A stretch of DNA of 64,000 nt from Macrostomum lignano (Eukaryota). Location: the NCBI GenBank assembly GCA_002269645.1, contig NIVC01002001.1:124001-188000 (forward strand), read 5' to 3'. The position numbers and the translations under genes are program-made. Positions 61,291-64,000 of the stretch are shown piece after piece (within the stretch, counting starts at the first letter, position 1; each line of letters starts with the position of its first letter). The notes under the pieces were generated by a model that made no database searches, was not told where the DNA came from, and worked only from the letters and a program-made list of their open reading frames with translations.

Positions 61291-62841
61291 CTGTCAGCCA
61301 AGTCTGTATGATCTGGTTCAGCTAGATTTTAATGTTTGAAATGTTGTAATGCTATTATTTTTGTAACTGTAGGATATACTAGTTGTATAGAAAACTTAAC
61401 TCATATTATTCACAGATGGCTAATCATTGTAGCCATGCAAAGTTTTTTATTTGAAACTAAGAGGAGGTTAGTATTATAGCAAGTGGACTTTGACAATATA
61501 GGACTTGGGACATTGAATATACACTAGGCCTAATACTTAGTTATATACATGACATGTATATATTATGCATCATGCATGCTTAAGTGCTTAGTGCTTATGA
61601 TTAAGTTAAGCTACTTTGAATGATAATACTTTCTAGTTTTGTTTTAAGTAACATTGATAAATGAGTGTTAATATTTTTAATAGCCAATCCTATATAATAT
61701 TTTGTTATACTTATAGGCCTGACTATTTTGTATTTTGTAAATTTATATTTTTTATATGAATTTAATTAGGTAAATTGACAAAAAATTATCTAAATTGAGT
61801 TATATAGGTATATATTTTTTTTCCTATATTATTATAAAAAAAATATATATAGGATTTATTTAATTATATATATTTCCCAAGATATGAAAGAGGTTTCAGT
61901 TGTATTGTTGACAAGTCATTTTAGTAACAGTTTGCTGTTTGAATAACAAATATGCATTTTGGTGATAAGTTAGGCCTTAATTCAGTGACAAACACACTTC
62001 ACATTTTGGTAACACATAAACATAGAGGCAAAAAGAATAAGATTGAGAAAGCAACAAGGTTGGGAAAAGTTACAATAAGTTCAATAAATATGAAAGATTG
62101 TAATTCTATAAAGTAAATAAACAAAATTAAATAAATCATTACTTTACCATTTTATTTTAGCAAACATCTTAAATTTAAGCTTTATTTAACTTAGGATGGG
62201 CAAGATAACTTTATGCTTGAAACTGCTGTAAAATAGCTGTAACCAAAAAGGTCTTCTTGTCATCAAAATGACTTGCTTGTCATCAAAACAACTGTCACCA
62301 AAATGACTATAATCCTATAAAAAAGGCCTATTCTTAGAATAAAACAAGATTTTTAGTTTATCACTAAATATATATATTAGTGTATATATACCATATAAGT
62401 ATTTAATTTTAAAAGAAAGAACAATTCTTTGCAACTTTCCATTTTTTTATAAAGCTTCTTCTTGCTCTGGTACCAAATTGTCTGAAAACAAAAATATCTA
62501 ACATAGAAAAACAAAAGACTGATATAAGTTTGAACTGCTTGCCTGAGTAGGCACACACAAGTGTATTAAACTTCACTGTGCCTTGGGCATTGATTGTATC
62601 AGCAGACTCAAGGAAAGGTTGCTATTTAACTCCAAAATGAATTTTACTGCACTTGGAATCTAGCCTGGGCCACTGGCACATCAGAGCGGCATGCTCGTCC
62701 ACTGGGCTACAACCCTCATGTGTCATTAATAGCTGACTACTGATTGCTTTGTTTTGAACTGACCCTGTCTTATTTTGAAATGTTCCACTTTGTTTTGAAC
62801 TGACCCTGTCTTTTTTGAAATGTTCCAGCTCAACAATCAGC

Positions 62842-63300
62842 ATGTCGCTAATCATCCCGGGAAACTTCAAGCACATCATCCGCATATCCAACACTAACAT
62901 CGATGGCAAGGTGATGGCTCGGACAGCCTTCACTTCCATCAAGGGTGTGGGCAGGCGCTACTCTGACCTGGTGTGCAAGCGCGCCGGGATCTCGCGCGAC
63001 AGACGCGCCGGCCAGCTGTCCGACGACGAGATCGAGCAGGCGGTGACTATCATCATGAACCCGCAGCAGTTCAAGATCCCGCACTGGGTGCTGAACCGGC
63101 AGAAGGACATCAAGGATATGAAGCACCGGCACGTCATCAGCAACCAGCTGGACACTAAACTGCGCGAGGATCTGGAACGGCTCAAACGTGTGCGCGCCCA
63201 CCGGGGCCTGCGTCACTACTGGACCCTGCGCGTGCGCGGTCAGCACACCAAGACCACCGGCCGCCGCGGTCGCACCGTCGGAGTGTCCAAGAAGAAGTAA
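62842..63300 (+). CDS. RPS18: 40S ribosomal protein S18 (uS13), intronless CDS, divergent
   Basis: 152 aa from ATG 62842. [20 protein letters not shown] and [43 protein letters not shown] are present. Confidence 0.97.
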   Translation: MSLIIPGNFKHIIRISNTNIDGKVMARTAFTSIKGVGRRYSDLVCKRAGISRDRRAGQLSDDEIEQAVTIIMNPQQFKIPHWVLNRQKDIKDMKHRHVISNQLDTKLREDLERLKRVRAHRGLRHYWTLRVRGQHTKTTGRRGRTVGVSKKK

Positions 63301-63559
63301 GAAGAAATGACAAACAACTATTCATCTCCTTGAGCTGTTCTGAATTTCTAAGCAAACTAAGCAGACTGTGGAGTGTTTCTGCCTGTGCAGGAATTAATTG
63401 TGGGTGGAAATTTTTAAATAAATTTCGGCCATGGTCTCTGACTAACGATCCGGTAACGCTTTGATCAACTGGCAAACAATTTTTGGAAGCAAGAAAAAAA
63501 TCAATATTGATGTTGTGTTTTGCAATATGACTTCTTCTTTCTTGTTAAACTCAAATCTT

Positions 63560-63735
63560 TAACATCTTCCCTGACACCTCACTGTCTTCCCGAACACCCC
63601 ACTGTCTTCCCTGACACCCCATTATCTTCCCGGACACCTCACTGTCTTCCCGGACACCTCACTCTTCCCTGACACCCCTTCATCTTCCCGGACACCTCAC
63701 TGTCTTCCCTGACACCTCACTGTCTTCCCTGACTT
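63560..63735. repeat. ~19-22-bp repeat (TTCCCTGACACCTCACTGTC)
   Basis: About 8 imperfect copies. Confidence 0.9.
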
Positions 63736-63840
63736 ACTTTGACTTAGCTGCAGGGTGGTCCGTAGACACAGCGGGGAGGCGAGGGTCGCCCATTCCGCTA
63801 GCCCCTGAAGGCCCGCAGACAGGCAGAGGCGTGGGGCCGG

Positions 63841-63999
63841 TCAGGGTGGTCCGCCGGTCCGTCCTGCAGCGTGATCTTCCGTTGGGAAGAAACTGGCTCG
63901 TCTAGTCGCCCGAAGGAACTGGATGAGCCGTGGGATGCTGTCGGGCTGGCAAACCTCGTCAATGGACGGGTTCGGCCCGAGGTAGCGTAGCCGGTCTCT
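63841..63999 (-). mobile_element. Possible C-terminal end of a non-LTR retrotransposon ORF2 (runs off the window)
   Basis: Open frame RDRLRYLGPNPSIDEVCQPDSIPRLIQFLRATRRASFFPTEDHAAGRTGGPP*, which resembles the 'R..YLG.....L..FL..T' tail of RNase H-bearing LINEs. Short, and recognised by pattern only. Confidence 0.35.
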
Positions 64000-64000
64000 G

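Overview
Eukaryotic (invertebrate animal) genomic DNA with spliced genes, GC-rich exons and introns filled with locus-specific minisatellites. The style suggests a flatworm such as Macrostomum, but that is inference only. Genes rebuilt by hand with phase-consistent splice sites: (1) two paralogous orphan ORFs on the minus strand (1605-2051, 6122-6595); (2) a 3-exon, 319-aa BH3-only, Bim/Bmf-like candidate (11456-19389) carrying a DSGYQT degron-like motif, an LC8-type STQT motif and a BH3 motif; (3) an intronless Q/P-rich 383-aa ORF; (4) SERINC; (5) a PPP1R3/CBM21 glycogen-targeting PP1 subunit; (6) three tandem secreted single-domain phospholipase B1-like SGNH lipases, the first frameshifted, with patchwork homogenisation; (7) a divergent intronless RPS18. 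Mobile DNA: a ~2-kb MULE with TIRs and an 8-bp TSD, a decayed Ty3/Gypsy gag, and a possible LINE 3' end. Most notable: the BH3 exon is bracketed by reverse-complementary copies of the same 14-bp satellite, which could loop it out, and skipping it leaves an open alternative frame in the last exon. Also notable are a flip/flop nested hairpin array at 2.2-3.0 kb and a 1.8-kb foldback with unrelated middles at 49.1-50.9 kb. No CRISPR, rRNA or tRNA is supported.
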